Below are positions 41,639 through 50,788 of a stretch of DNA of 64,000 bases, in pieces. Origin of the DNA: Anaerolineae bacterium. GTDB lineage: Bacteria > Chloroflexota > Anaerolineae > UBA1429. The stretch lies in the NCBI GenBank assembly GCA_963675785.1, contig OY776562.1:1632001-1696000 (forward strand). The letters run 5' to 3'. Position 1 is the first letter of the stretch, and each line of letters opens with the position of its first letter. The notes under the pieces are model-generated. The model worked only from the letters and a program-made list of their open reading frames with translations, was not told the origin of the DNA and searched no databases. The position numbers and the translations under genes were made by a program.

Positions 41639-44600
41639 TTATGATTCTTTTGGCAGATAAATCAAAGAACAACGACAGAATGATGCGAATATGCCAAAAA
41701 GCTTTTTCCAGTTGATTTCCAACTCTGCCATTTTCATGAAACGAGGAAAGTTGCCCAAAAAGCAATGCCAATCACCAAAATGGTCGGATCTAGGAATGCA
41801 AGCATACATAGCAGTATGAAGAATACTCTTTGTCCCTCTCGCCAGTTCTTTAGCTGGATAATGCTCGTATAATGCCATATCAGGAAACGACGAGTACCAC
41901 TCGTCTGTATATCTGGATATCTCCACGGCTGAAAGGTTTTGGCTAATAATATAGTCAAGATCCTGGGAATGAATAAAGCCGTTTCTAAACGGTGCAAACT
42001 CCTCATCATCAGTATCAACCAGATCATGATTAGAAGCATTCGTATATATACAACCCTCAACAATGTTGTCATACTCTTGCGGAACGCCGGTAATGTGAAT
42101 CTCTCTTTCTATAAGGGCTTGCTTGAACAATTCTGAATAATCAGAAAGTAAAATACCTTTTACATCATAAAAGTCTATGCTTTTCGAATGCCAATAAGTA
42201 GACAGATAACTACGTATCTCTTTAGTAATATCTTCTTTAAGAAGACTATTGAGTTTTTCAGGTCTTAGTTCAAAAAAGCTGATATGTTTAGAGTCATAAT
42301 CAACACTATGGAAGTATCGGACAAAAAAGACATCACTTTTCCTATTGAGATATGAATTTAAAAGTAACCTTATGCCCTTTTCGGATTGATCCATTAGAGC
42401 AGAGAGCACTTTTGGGGATGTCTTTTCTTCGATTACACCAACTTCTTCAAATGTCAGTAATGCTTCCGCCATGGTCGAGACGGAGTAGTCCTTTCTGTTG
42501 AAATACATAAAAAAGTATTTCCAGACAGATAAGATATCAGTTTCACTATCACTGTGATTTACGTATCGCAGAAAAGCCAAGACGCGTTCACAAGTCTCAA
42601 AGGATCCTTGCGAAGCACTATCCTCAATGACGTCGAGAAGAGTTTTATCAGAAAATTCGGACGTATATCCGAGGGAAGATAAGGTTAAATAAAGCTCCTG
42701 GAAAAGTCTAGAACACATAACCTCCGGCAAATATAGTTCACGTCGATAGTACGCTAGAAGATGAGCGGGAGCGAAATCACCTCTACAAGAGACGATTTTG
42801 CATATGTCCTCATACAAAGGACTATCACTAATTTTATGTATATAAATATAAGAAAACGCAACTAGATGGGAATTATAAAAGACTTCATAAGATGTGTTTT
42901 TCAGATTTATTCCATGAAGTTGTTGATCAAGTGATTCCCAGTTTCCCCAATCAAGCTCTTCGATATTGAGAAATGTAGTTTCCTGCGTAACAGCCTTCTT
43001 AAAATCCCGCTCCGCTTTTTCTACATCATAATATGTTCTGCTGTAGGACTGTCGATAGTACTGGCTGTTCTTATGGAGGCGTGCCCGATAAGCCCCCCAA
43101 ATGAAACCCGTACTGAAGATACTGTCAATCGTGATGCCGTGCTTGTGCCAATACTCCGTAATATGAAACCAGAGACGCTCTGATCCCGCAAAGTCATGTC
43201 GTTCGGTGATAAGGCAAATAAGAATGAACGCATAATACTGATAATAATCCAGCAGTTTCTCAGACATGTGAGAAAAACGTTTTTTTAACTGCCAATAGAA
43301 TTCCTTGACAGATTCAAAGTCATAGTTTTCATCAAGTAGCTTTTTAAATACATCGAAATCAGCGTATTTTTGAAGCACCTTCGCCACAAAATCATCATCG
43401 AAATCAAATCCACTGAATCGTGAAAGATACTCTATTTCCCTGCTCAAGATGCTATCTTGAATTTGATCTATAACTTGCGAATGATCTACCACACAATTAG
43501 GCTGCCCGAGAAGATACGTATTCAAACTATCATGTATCAATGAAACACGTTTTTCATTGATCTCGAATAGATAGGGATGCTTTTTGATGAATTCCTCTAC
43601 CAGAAAAGCTGCCAATTCATGGTTCAGCAAATCGTGTATCTCTTTATATGTAAAGTAAAATCTATTAGTACTAAACAAGCTCAATGCTTTACTAATACCA
43701 TCAAATTGCATCAATGAATCGTAATAGGCATTTATGCTGTCTATTTTTTGATCAACTGCTATTTCATGATATATTATATAGTGTTCTGCTAAATAATTCG
43801 TAATAATTGGATATCCATCAGCGATTTCATATATCCTTGCTGCGGCATCAGGATCAATTTCCTTATATTCGACAAGAAACTTGAAAGTTTCACTTCTTCC
43901 CCAATTTACCAGCGTTCTTCGCTTCCATGATATCTTGCGCCTGAGTGGACGTGTTAGAACAACAACTCTGGCTTCTTGGAGCTTATCCACAAATGCAAAA
44001 TAGCGATCTAGCTCATAGCACCGATAATTCTCGATATGATCCAAACCATCTATGAAAAGAGTCAGGGTCTTATCATTGATTTCTTCTATGAGTTCATCTT
44101 CAGTAAACTCTTTGGGGGAATGAAATACTTTTTTGCAAAGATCCCTGATAAATTCAGAATATTCCAGACGATCGGATGCATTAGGATCCTGCGACCCTAT
44201 CCAAAATCTATATACGATAGCATTGGGATATGCTTCAACAAGCTCGTTCACAAAATGGCTTTTCCCAACTCCAGGCTTTCCAATAATGCAAAGAACACCC
44301 TTCTCAGGAATAGCCGTATCATGATTTACATCGAAAGTGCCCTCTGATAGAATCGCAGAAAATGCCTTTACAAATGGCAGATCATCTCTTATTACTTTGC
44401 AATTGCCATTCGAACAACATGTATGGGCGAACGAGATAATGTGGCTAATCCTTTCAGAGCTGGGATACATTTCTGTGATTTTCCGTTCAATCACGTCAGG
44501 GCTCAAAGGAACAACATAAACACCTTCTTTTAGTTTTTTTGCATTCAGGCCCAAGATCACATCCTGACATTCATCAAGTGGTATGCAATCGGTGTTAATC

Positions 44601-44887
44601 ACAGCTATGCTTGTCTTATCTCCGGCAATACGACTACAACTGCCTTTTACACTAAGAACTCCTTGTTCAGAAAGCTTGATTTCCTCAAGCGAGGTACCGG
44701 GGTAATCTTTGACCTGAAAACAATAATCGCCACCGGTATTTGTAAGACACACATCATCAAAATTATGTGCAGCGTCAAATTCGGCATCGATAGAGGTAAC
44801 ATTAGTTTCACAATCCATTATTGCCAAGAGCAAGCAATAAACTTGAACCTGATAAGCATATCCCTTGAATGCAAATAAGGCAGCCAT
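41639..44887 (-). CDS. Large P-loop (STAND/NACHT-like) ATPase with N-terminal PD-(D/E)xK-like domain; candidate anti-phage protein
   Basis: KGYAYQ...FDDV...FQVK N-terminus; GKPGVGKS Walker A; LFIDGLDH Walker B; VLTR; GYP; HDSL; visibly AT-rich relative to flanks. Confidence 0.75.
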   Translation of the reverse strand: MAALFAFKGYAYQVQVYCLLLAIMDCETNVTSIDAEFDAAHNFDDVCLTNTGGDYCFQVKDYPGTSLEEIKLSEQGVLSVKGSCSRIAGDKTSIAVINTDCIPLDECQDVILGLNAKKLKEGVYVVPLSPDVIERKITEMYPSSERISHIISFAHTCCSNGNCKVIRDDLPFVKAFSAILSEGTFDVNHDTAIPEKGVLCIIGKPGVGKSHFVNELVEAYPNAIVYRFWIGSQDPNASDRLEYSEFIRDLCKKVFHSPKEFTEDELIEEINDKTLTLFIDGLDHIENYRCYELDRYFAFVDKLQEARVVVLTRPLRRKISWKRRTLVNWGRSETFKFLVEYKEIDPDAAARIYEIADGYPIITNYLAEHYIIYHEIAVDQKIDSINAYYDSLMQFDGISKALSLFSTNRFYFTYKEIHDLLNHELAAFLVEEFIKKHPYLFEINEKRVSLIHDSLNTYLLGQPNCVVDHSQVIDQIQDSILSREIEYLSRFSGFDFDDDFVAKVLQKYADFDVFKKLLDENYDFESVKEFYWQLKKRFSHMSEKLLDYYQYYAFILICLITERHDFAGSERLWFHITEYWHKHGITIDSIFSTGFIWGAYRARLHKNSQYYRQSYSRTYYDVEKAERDFKKAVTQETTFLNIEELDWGNWESLDQQLHGINLKNTSYEVFYNSHLVAFSYIYIHKISDSPLYEDICKIVSCRGDFAPAHLLAYYRRELYLPEVMCSRLFQELYLTLSSLGYTSEFSDKTLLDVIEDSASQGSFETCERVLAFLRYVNHSDSETDILSVWKYFFMYFNRKDYSVSTMAEALLTFEEVGVIEEKTSPKVLSALMDQSEKGIRLLLNSYLNRKSDVFFVRYFHSVDYDSKHISFFELRPEKLNSLLKEDITKEIRSYLSTYWHSKSIDFYDVKGILLSDYSELFKQALIEREIHITGVPQEYDNIVEGCIYTNASNHDLVDTDDEEFAPFRNGFIHSQDLDYIISQNLSAVEISRYTDEWYSSFPDMALYEHYPAKELARGTKSILHTAMYACIPRSDHFGDWHCFLGNFPRFMKMAELEINWKKLFGIFASFCRCSLIYLPKES

Positions 44888-45058
44888 TATGTCCCTCACA
44901 AACTAGTCGATGTCTTTGCAATAAACGAACAGGAACTCGATATCGCAGCAGAATCATATGATTTATGACAACCCAGTAGCGCACTTACTATAGCGGTTTA
45001 TTAACGGCAATGCCACCCTTTTTCCTTACTCTCACGCACCTGCCAAACGCTAAAGCAA

Positions 45059-45082
45059 AGCCCGGAGCATACGCTCCGGGCT
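45059..45082. repeat. Palindromic hairpin (REP-like/terminator), second copy
   Basis: AGCCCGGAGC-atac-GCTCCGGGCT. Confidence 0.7.
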
Positions 45083-45105
45083 ATTTATTCTTTGGGAACT
45101 AGAGC

Positions 45106-45675
45106 TCAATCATATCGCGCGCCGTACAATGCCTTTGCTTCTTTAGTGTACTTGTAGATAAACTCGGCCTTGTTATCGGTATAAGCATCGCGGTTGTGTT
45201 CGTACGCTTGCCACAAGCCGAGTTTCAAGCTCTCGTACTCGCTGGCGACTTGCGGATGGTCGTTCAAGTAATCGCGGAAATACAGCTCGTCGTTGTCCCC
45301 GGCGTACCGCAGATGCAGGTGGAACACCCTTTCCGAAAAACCGTCCGGCGTATAGCCCTTGTTGAAGGACAACCTTCGTTCGCTTGACGACATGCAAATA
45401 TACCCGCTGGCCTCGATCAGCGGCACGATTTCGTCGAGGCTGCACCCATCGACAACCTCGACCAGAATATCGACAATCGGCTTGGCCCAGATCGTATCCA
45501 CCGCCGTGCTGCCGATATGGCTCAGGCGGGCGATCTTGTGCGCGGGCAAAACCTGGCTCAGATGATTGGCTTCTTCTTCATACCACGCGTGCCAACGCGG
45601 GTCATGTTCCACCAGAACGATGGGGAATAATTGCCACAATTCATCCAAGGTCATTTCAGAAAGTGATTTTGGCAC
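45106..45675 (-). CDS. GrpB family nucleotidyltransferase-fold protein
   Basis: HIGSTAV..I.AKPIVDI, HLHL, FRDYL, Y..LK, YT..K..FI. Confidence 0.92.
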   Translation of the reverse strand: MPKSLSEMTLDELWQLFPIVLVEHDPRWHAWYEEEANHLSQVLPAHKIARLSHIGSTAVDTIWAKPIVDILVEVVDGCSLDEIVPLIEASGYICMSSSERRLSFNKGYTPDGFSERVFHLHLRYAGDNDELYFRDYLNDHPQVASEYESLKLGLWQAYEHNRDAYTDNKAEFIYKYTKEAKALYGARYD

Positions 45676-45744
45676 AGGCTAGTCCTCTTCATGAGCTATG
45701 ACGGCTCTGTAAGGCACTCAATATAACCCTATCGGGCGGAGATG

Positions 45745-46110
45745 CTACTCTTTCTTGCCCTCACGCACCCATTCCTTATGCAGTGCATCGCGGGAGGTAG
45801 AGGCGGGCTCATAGCGGGCCTCCAGGCGGATGGCGCCGTGACGGCAAGAGGCCTCGCACTGGCCGCAAGAAGCGCAGGTATCAGCATCATAGCGCATACG
45901 CAGGCCACCATCGGGCAGACGTTCCAACACCAGGCTGCCAGCTGGACAATCGCGAACACAGAGGCTACAGCCAGTGCATTTATTTATGTCAACTACTACC
46001 CGGCCACGGTAACTGTCGGGCACCACGCCCATTACCTCCAGCCCCACAGCTTCACGCGGGGCCCGCGAACGGCGCAGCACGTGGCGCAGCAAATAGATGC
46101 GCTTGGGCAT
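45745..46110 (-). CDS. NuoI/EchF-like 2x[4Fe-4S] subunit
   Basis: YRG, CTGCSLCVRDCP, CASCGQCEASC. Confidence 0.9.
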   Translation of the reverse strand: MPKRIYLLRHVLRRSRAPREAVGLEVMGVVPDSYRGRVVVDINKCTGCSLCVRDCPAGSLVLERLPDGGLRMRYDADTCASCGQCEASCRHGAIRLEARYEPASTSRDALHKEWVREGKKE

Positions 46111-47036
46111 TAGAGCCTCCCCATCCACACAGTAAAGAGCATCTGGGCCAGGCCAGCAGGCACCAAATACAGCCAGCCAAAGGCCGCCATCTGGTCAATG
46201 CGCACCCGAGCGAACAACACTTGCACCAGGGCCAGCATGGTCACCATAAGTGCTGCCTTGAGGCCATAGGCCGCAAACCCGGCCAAACCCACAAAGGGAG
46301 CTCCCCCACCCAAATAGACCGCCACCAGCAAATTGACGCCCACCAACGTTTGCATCATGACGGTGAGCTTCCACAAGGCCAGCTTGCGGCCGCTGTATTC
46401 AGTGAGCGGGCCAGCGCCCACCTCTGATTTGGCGTGGGGGATATCAAAGGGCACCCGTTTGAGCTTGCCGATGAGCCCGACGACCGACACCATAAAGCCC
46501 ACAGGCTGCCAGAACACGCTCCAGCCCCCCTGCGCCTGTGCCGAAACCAGCCCCATAATGCTCCAGCAGCGCGTCAGCAGGGCCGGCGCGGTCAGTCCCA
46601 GCAGCAGGGGCACTTCGTAGGAGAAATATTGCAACAGCGAGCGGTTGCCACCCAGCGCGCCAAAAAAGCTGGGCGCGGTCCATCCAGCCATGAAATAGCC
46701 CAGCGTAGGGATGCTCAGCAGGAACAACACCACGATGAGGTCGGCCTCAAAATCGGCTGCGGCCCAATCGCCCACGGGTACATAGAGCGCCGCGGTGAGC
46801 ACCGAGGCGATGGAGACGATGGGCAGCACGGCGCTCAGGGCGGCGTCGGCCCCACGAATGGTGATGTCCTCCTTGGCGAACAGCTTGATGATGTCGGCCA
46901 GGGGCTGGTAGACGGGCGGGCCCACCCGACCCTGGAACAGCGCTACCAGCTTGCGATCCAGCCAGTGCACCAACAACGAGGCCGCCAGCACGTACAGCAG
47001 CCCGGGGAACACCAGCACATGGAACAAGGTCGTCAT
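46110..47036 (-). CDS. NuoH/EchB-like membrane subunit
   Basis: DRKL.A..QGRVGPP.YQP.AD..KL..KE, SYEVP, R.PFD, TEYSG, R.RIDQ. Confidence 0.92.
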   Translation of the reverse strand: MTTLFHVLVFPGLLYVLAASLLVHWLDRKLVALFQGRVGPPVYQPLADIIKLFAKEDITIRGADAALSAVLPIVSIASVLTAALYVPVGDWAAADFEADLIVVLFLLSIPTLGYFMAGWTAPSFFGALGGNRSLLQYFSYEVPLLLGLTAPALLTRCWSIMGLVSAQAQGGWSVFWQPVGFMVSVVGLIGKLKRVPFDIPHAKSEVGAGPLTEYSGRKLALWKLTVMMQTLVGVNLLVAVYLGGGAPFVGLAGFAAYGLKAALMVTMLALVQVLFARVRIDQMAAFGWLYLVPAGLAQMLFTVWMGRL

Positions 47037-47072
47037 CAAGAACTCCTATCAGGGAGATCAGGATCTCCGATC

Positions 47073-48155
47073 TCAGCGGTCAGCACAAGCGATACACAAG
47101 TCGGCCCCGGCAATCACCGCGGCTACATCGGCGGTCTGCACGCCCGAAAGCAAGTGCGGCAGGCTGGCCAGGGTGGGCAAGGTTGGCGTGCGCACTTTGA
47201 CCCGCGCTGGCGTATCAGAGCCATCCGAACGCACATAGTAAAACAGCTCGCCGCGCGGCGCCTCTATGCGCGTGGTCACCTCGCCAGCGGGCACCCGCCG
47301 AGGAGCGCGCACTTGCACTTCACCCTCGGGCAGGCCGTCTAATATCTGATGGACGATTTTCAAGCTCTCGTCGATCTCGGCCAGACGCGTATGCGCCCGG
47401 CACCATACATCGCCGCCGGTGCCGGTAATCACTTGGAAATCCATTTCCTCATAGGCCAGGTAAGGCTGTTGTTTGCGGATATCCAGCGTGCAGCCCGAAG
47501 CGCGCGCCGTGGGGCCTACCAGGCCAAGTCGGTGCACCAGATCGCCGCCCATCACCCCCAGTCGGCGGGTTCGGGCCTGAAAATTGCGGTCGTGCAGCAC
47601 CATATCGCGAAACAGCTTGAGCTGCTCCTCAAACTCGGCCAAGTTGGTTTGTACATAGCGCTCGTGGTCGGGTGTCAGATCGATGCGCACCCCGCCGATG
47701 GAGGTAGCCGAATGGGACACGCGTCCGCCGGAGAGATCCTCCATCAGGTCGAGGATGATCTCGCGGTCGCGCCAGGCGTACATGAAAATAGTGGTAAAGC
47801 CAATGGCCTCGGAAAGCACGCCCAACCAGAGCAGGTGGCTGTGGATGCGCTCTAATTCGCAAAGCAACATGCGAATGTATTGGGCACGGCGCGGCACCTC
47901 GATACCGGCCAGCTTTTCCACCGAGAGGCAAAAGGTGGTGGTGTGGGCTTGCGAACAAATACCGCAAACACGCTCGACCAGGTGCACATTCTGAATATAA
48001 GTGCGCTGCTGGGCCAGCTTTTCGATGCCGCGATGCACATAGCCGATGCGCAGATCGGCGCCCAACACGGTCTCGCCAGATACGCTCAGGTTGATGGAAA
48101 GGGGTTCTTTGAGCAAGGGATGTTGCGGCCCGATGGGGATACGAGTCGGCGTCAT
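47073..48155 (-). CDS. Group 4 [NiFe]-hydrogenase large subunit (NuoD/EchE-like)
   Basis: GPQHP, GYVHRGIEK, L1 ERVCGICS.AH, ELERIHSHL, EAPRGE, RTPT, L2 DLCIACADR-stop. Confidence 0.92.
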   Translation of the reverse strand: MTPTRIPIGPQHPLLKEPLSINLSVSGETVLGADLRIGYVHRGIEKLAQQRTYIQNVHLVERVCGICSQAHTTTFCLSVEKLAGIEVPRRAQYIRMLLCELERIHSHLLWLGVLSEAIGFTTIFMYAWRDREIILDLMEDLSGGRVSHSATSIGGVRIDLTPDHERYVQTNLAEFEEQLKLFRDMVLHDRNFQARTRRLGVMGGDLVHRLGLVGPTARASGCTLDIRKQQPYLAYEEMDFQVITGTGGDVWCRAHTRLAEIDESLKIVHQILDGLPEGEVQVRAPRRVPAGEVTTRIEAPRGELFYYVRSDGSDTPARVKVRTPTLPTLASLPHLLSGVQTADVAAVIAGADLCIACADR

Positions 48156-48589
48156 GCGTTCTCCTCCTCATTCAACAAAGGCGGTGGTCCCTGCCAGTCG
48201 TCGGGCAACAGCAGCGGCTTGATCTCCCCCCGGCCCTCGATGGTGACGCCCAGCATCTCGTGCACCTCGCGCTCGTACCAGTTGGCTACCAGCATAATCG
48301 GGGTCAGGCTGGGTACGCTCAGATCATCCATCGGCAGCAACAGGCGCAGGGTAATGCCACAGCCGCCGTAAAAGTGGTACATCAGTGAGACGCCCTGGGG
48401 CAGGCGTTGGCCAGTGATGGTGGTCAAGTGGTGCACATCTGCCGCCACCAGGGCTCGCGCCGCCTCGATCAGATTCTCACGGGGCAGGTCATAGCAAATC
48501 TCGTTCTGGGGGCCCTCACCGCGTTGGGCACCGCATTCAACAAGCGCAGTGTCGATGGCGGCGAGATCAGCAGAAAGCAGATCATCCAT
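48152..48589 (-). CDS. NuoC/EchD-like subunit
   Basis: L.TITG, YHF, VPSL......ANWYEREVHEMLG....G, LLLPDDW...PPL. Confidence 0.9.
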   Translation of the reverse strand: MDDLLSADLAAIDTALVECGAQRGEGPQNEICYDLPRENLIEAARALVAADVHHLTTITGQRLPQGVSLMYHFYGGCGITLRLLLPMDDLSVPSLTPIMLVANWYEREVHEMLGVTIEGRGEIKPLLLPDDWQGPPPLLNEEENA

Positions 48590-49008
48590 CAGATACCCTC
48601 CAACAGTTGGGAAATGGCCTCGATGACGGCCTCGGGGCGTGGCGGGCAGCCGGGAACATACAAGGCCACCGGCACCACCTGATCGATACCGCCCAGCACG
48701 TTATAGCTGGCCTGCACAATGCCACCCGAACAGGCGCAAGCGCCAATGGCCACCACCCAACGCGGCTCGGCCATCTGCTCGTAAATGCGCCGTAGCGGGC
48801 GCGCTGACTGGCGCGTCACCGGCCCGGTGGTCAGCAGAATGTCGGCGTGACGCGGCGAGGCCTCTTTGAGGATTCCCAGCCGCTCAATGTCATAGCGGGG
48901 CGTCAGCAAGTCGAGAATCTCGATATCGCAGCCGTTACAGCCGCCGGTGTTGTAATGCAGCACCCAGGGCGATTTACGCCGCGCCCAGCGCACCACGCGG
49001 TCGATCAT
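48589..49008 (-). CDS. NuoB/EchC-like hydrogenase small subunit
   Basis: GGCNGCDIE (hydrogenase-type CxxC, not the NuoB tandem CC), SPRHAD, GACACSGG, VPGCPPRP. Confidence 0.93.
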   Translation of the reverse strand: MIDRVVRWARRKSPWVLHYNTGGCNGCDIEILDLLTPRYDIERLGILKEASPRHADILLTTGPVTRQSARPLRRIYEQMAEPRWVVAIGACACSGGIVQASYNVLGGIDQVVPVALYVPGCPPRPEAVIEAISQLLEGI

Positions 49009-49343
49009 GATTCCTCTCCCTCGTGGGTTAGTACGTCCACGCAAAGCCCGGTGCCCAGCAAAAAGGCCGCTGCCAGCACCCAGGCGTTGCCCTCCAGGGG
49101 CAGCATAGCTACCACCAGTGCGGCCATGTGTACCACCACAAACATCAAACCCAGCCTGAAATAACGTTGGTAAGAGAGCTCCATCTCCTCAGGCACTAAC
49201 TCTTGCCCCCCGGCGTAAGGCTCTATCTTGCCAGGTTCATCATCTCGACCGCGAGGGGCGATCCTGCCGGACCAGCGATAGAGGCCATAGGCCAACAATC
49301 CGAAAAGGGCCAGCGCCAGTGGGGGGCTTGTCAACCAATCCAT
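49005..49343 (-). CDS. NuoA-like membrane subunit
   Basis: 3 TM helices with K.EPYAGG loop (cf. NuoA K..PYECG) and Y..YF motif; directly precedes the NuoB-like gene. Confidence 0.8.
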   Translation of the reverse strand: MDWLTSPPLALALFGLLAYGLYRWSGRIAPRGRDDEPGKIEPYAGGQELVPEEMELSYQRYFRLGLMFVVVHMAALVVAMLPLEGNAWVLAAAFLLGTGLCVDVLTHEGEES

Positions 49344-49344
49344 G

Positions 49345-50787
49345 TCAACCTCCCAAGGCCAACAAGGAGGCAGCTGCTTTCGTAGCAGCTACCATCACCG
49401 GGGTGGGCCAGACGCCCATCCCCAAGGCCATAACCGCCATTAGCACCATGGGCACCAGCATCCAGGCGGAAACAGGAGCATGCGGCCCCTCAATGCGCTT
49501 GTGGGTGAGCAGTCGACCCACCAGGGGCACGTAATAGCCCAAGCTAAGCAGGCTGTTGAGCACAAAAAGCACCACCACCGTGCCACTCAGCCAATCCCAC
49601 TGGCGCAGACCGCCCTGCAAGAACAGCCACTTGCTGATAAAGCCGTTGAGTGGTGGCACACCGGCCAGCCCCAGCAATGCCACAGTGAACACTACCGTCG
49701 TGGCCGGTGCGCGGTCCATCAACCCGTCCAGATCAGAGAGCATGGTGCTATCCATGTAATAGTGACAAACGCCTTTGCTGAGAAAAGCCAGCCCCTTGAG
49801 CAGCGCGTGGGCGGCAATGAGGTAAAAAGCCGCGGCCAGCATCTCCACATGCCCGCTGACCAAACCCAACCCCAGGGCCGCGGCCACATAGCCGGTCTGG
49901 GCAATGGAGGAATAGGCCAACATCCGCTTGCCGTAGGTTTGCACCAGGGCCATGCTGTTGCCCACCGTCATGTTGAGCACGCCCTCGACCACCAGCGCCC
50001 AACCCAAAATTCGCGGCTCAATGCCCAAGCCCAGCCCTACGCGCACCAACACCAGCAGATTGACCTGGATGAGCACACCAGAAAGTAGCGCGCTGATGCT
50101 GGATGGCGCTCGTCCATGAGCATCGGGTAACCAGGTGTGCGCTGGCACCAAGGCTGCCTTGACGGCGTAGCCGAGCATCATCAGCACGGCGCCAAACAGG
50201 CCCCAGGTGCCCATGGCAGCAGCACCACTAGTCAAAGCCAGGCTCCCCGACTGGCGATAGACATAGCCCAGGCCAAAGAGGATGAGCATGGCTGCAGATG
50301 AGCCCATGATGGCGTACTTGAAACCAGCCTCCACGGCGGTATCCGTGGTGCGGCGAAAGGCCACCAGCACATAAGAGCAGGCGCTGGCCAGAATGGTAGC
50401 CAGATAGAGCGTGAAGAGATCGACGGCGCAGAGCATGGCCAGCAGACCAGCGCACATCAGCAGCACCAGTGAATAGTAATAACGATAGCGCTTATCCTCC
50501 GACATATAGCGCCCCGAGTAGACGGAGATTAGCAGACCCAGGCCCAACACGATGACGCCCATAAAACGCGATACATCGTCTATAACAAAAGTGGCCGCCG
50601 TACCCTGGCTGGAGGTCCAAGCTAGGCCGTTTGTCCAGCCAAGCAGTAGGCGTCGCAAGGCCACAGCAAACACAGCGGCTGTAAGCAGGGCCATCAAGCC
50701 ATTACTGCTGATGAGGCGGCTGACGACATAGAGCGATACCGCGCCCAGCGCTAGTACGACCAGGGGAGCCAACAGGGGATCAGACAT
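49345..50787 (-). CDS. NuoN/MrpD-like antiporter-type subunit
   Basis: EAGFKY, K...VP.HTWLPDAH..AP, KR.LAYSSIAQ.GY, GVPPLNGFISK. Confidence 0.9.
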   Translation of the reverse strand: MSDPLLAPLVVLALGAVSLYVVSRLISSNGLMALLTAAVFAVALRRLLLGWTNGLAWTSSQGTAATFVIDDVSRFMGVIVLGLGLLISVYSGRYMSEDKRYRYYYSLVLLMCAGLLAMLCAVDLFTLYLATILASACSYVLVAFRRTTDTAVEAGFKYAIMGSSAAMLILFGLGYVYRQSGSLALTSGAAAMGTWGLFGAVLMMLGYAVKAALVPAHTWLPDAHGRAPSSISALLSGVLIQVNLLVLVRVGLGLGIEPRILGWALVVEGVLNMTVGNSMALVQTYGKRMLAYSSIAQTGYVAAALGLGLVSGHVEMLAAAFYLIAAHALLKGLAFLSKGVCHYYMDSTMLSDLDGLMDRAPATTVVFTVALLGLAGVPPLNGFISKWLFLQGGLRQWDWLSGTVVVLFVLNSLLSLGYYVPLVGRLLTHKRIEGPHAPVSAWMLVPMVLMAVMALGMGVWPTPVMVAATKAAASLLALGG

Positions 50788-50788
50788 G

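Noticed and set aside
40989-45105. Integron cassette array (GNAT, ATPase and GrpB look cassette-like)
   Set aside because: No RYYYAAC...GTTRRRY attC structure, genes are in mixed orientation and no IntI is present.
46434-47342. Long antisense or alternate-frame ORFs (also 30247-31059, 31997-32788, 36900-37694, 57866-58666)
   Set aside because: Shadow ORFs of well-supported genes in GC-rich DNA, with no motifs of their own.
47073-48155. Selenocysteine ([NiFeSe]) recoding or a missing C-terminal extension
   Set aside because: All four ligands are Cys codons; the TGA follows CADR, the normal end for Ech-type subunits.
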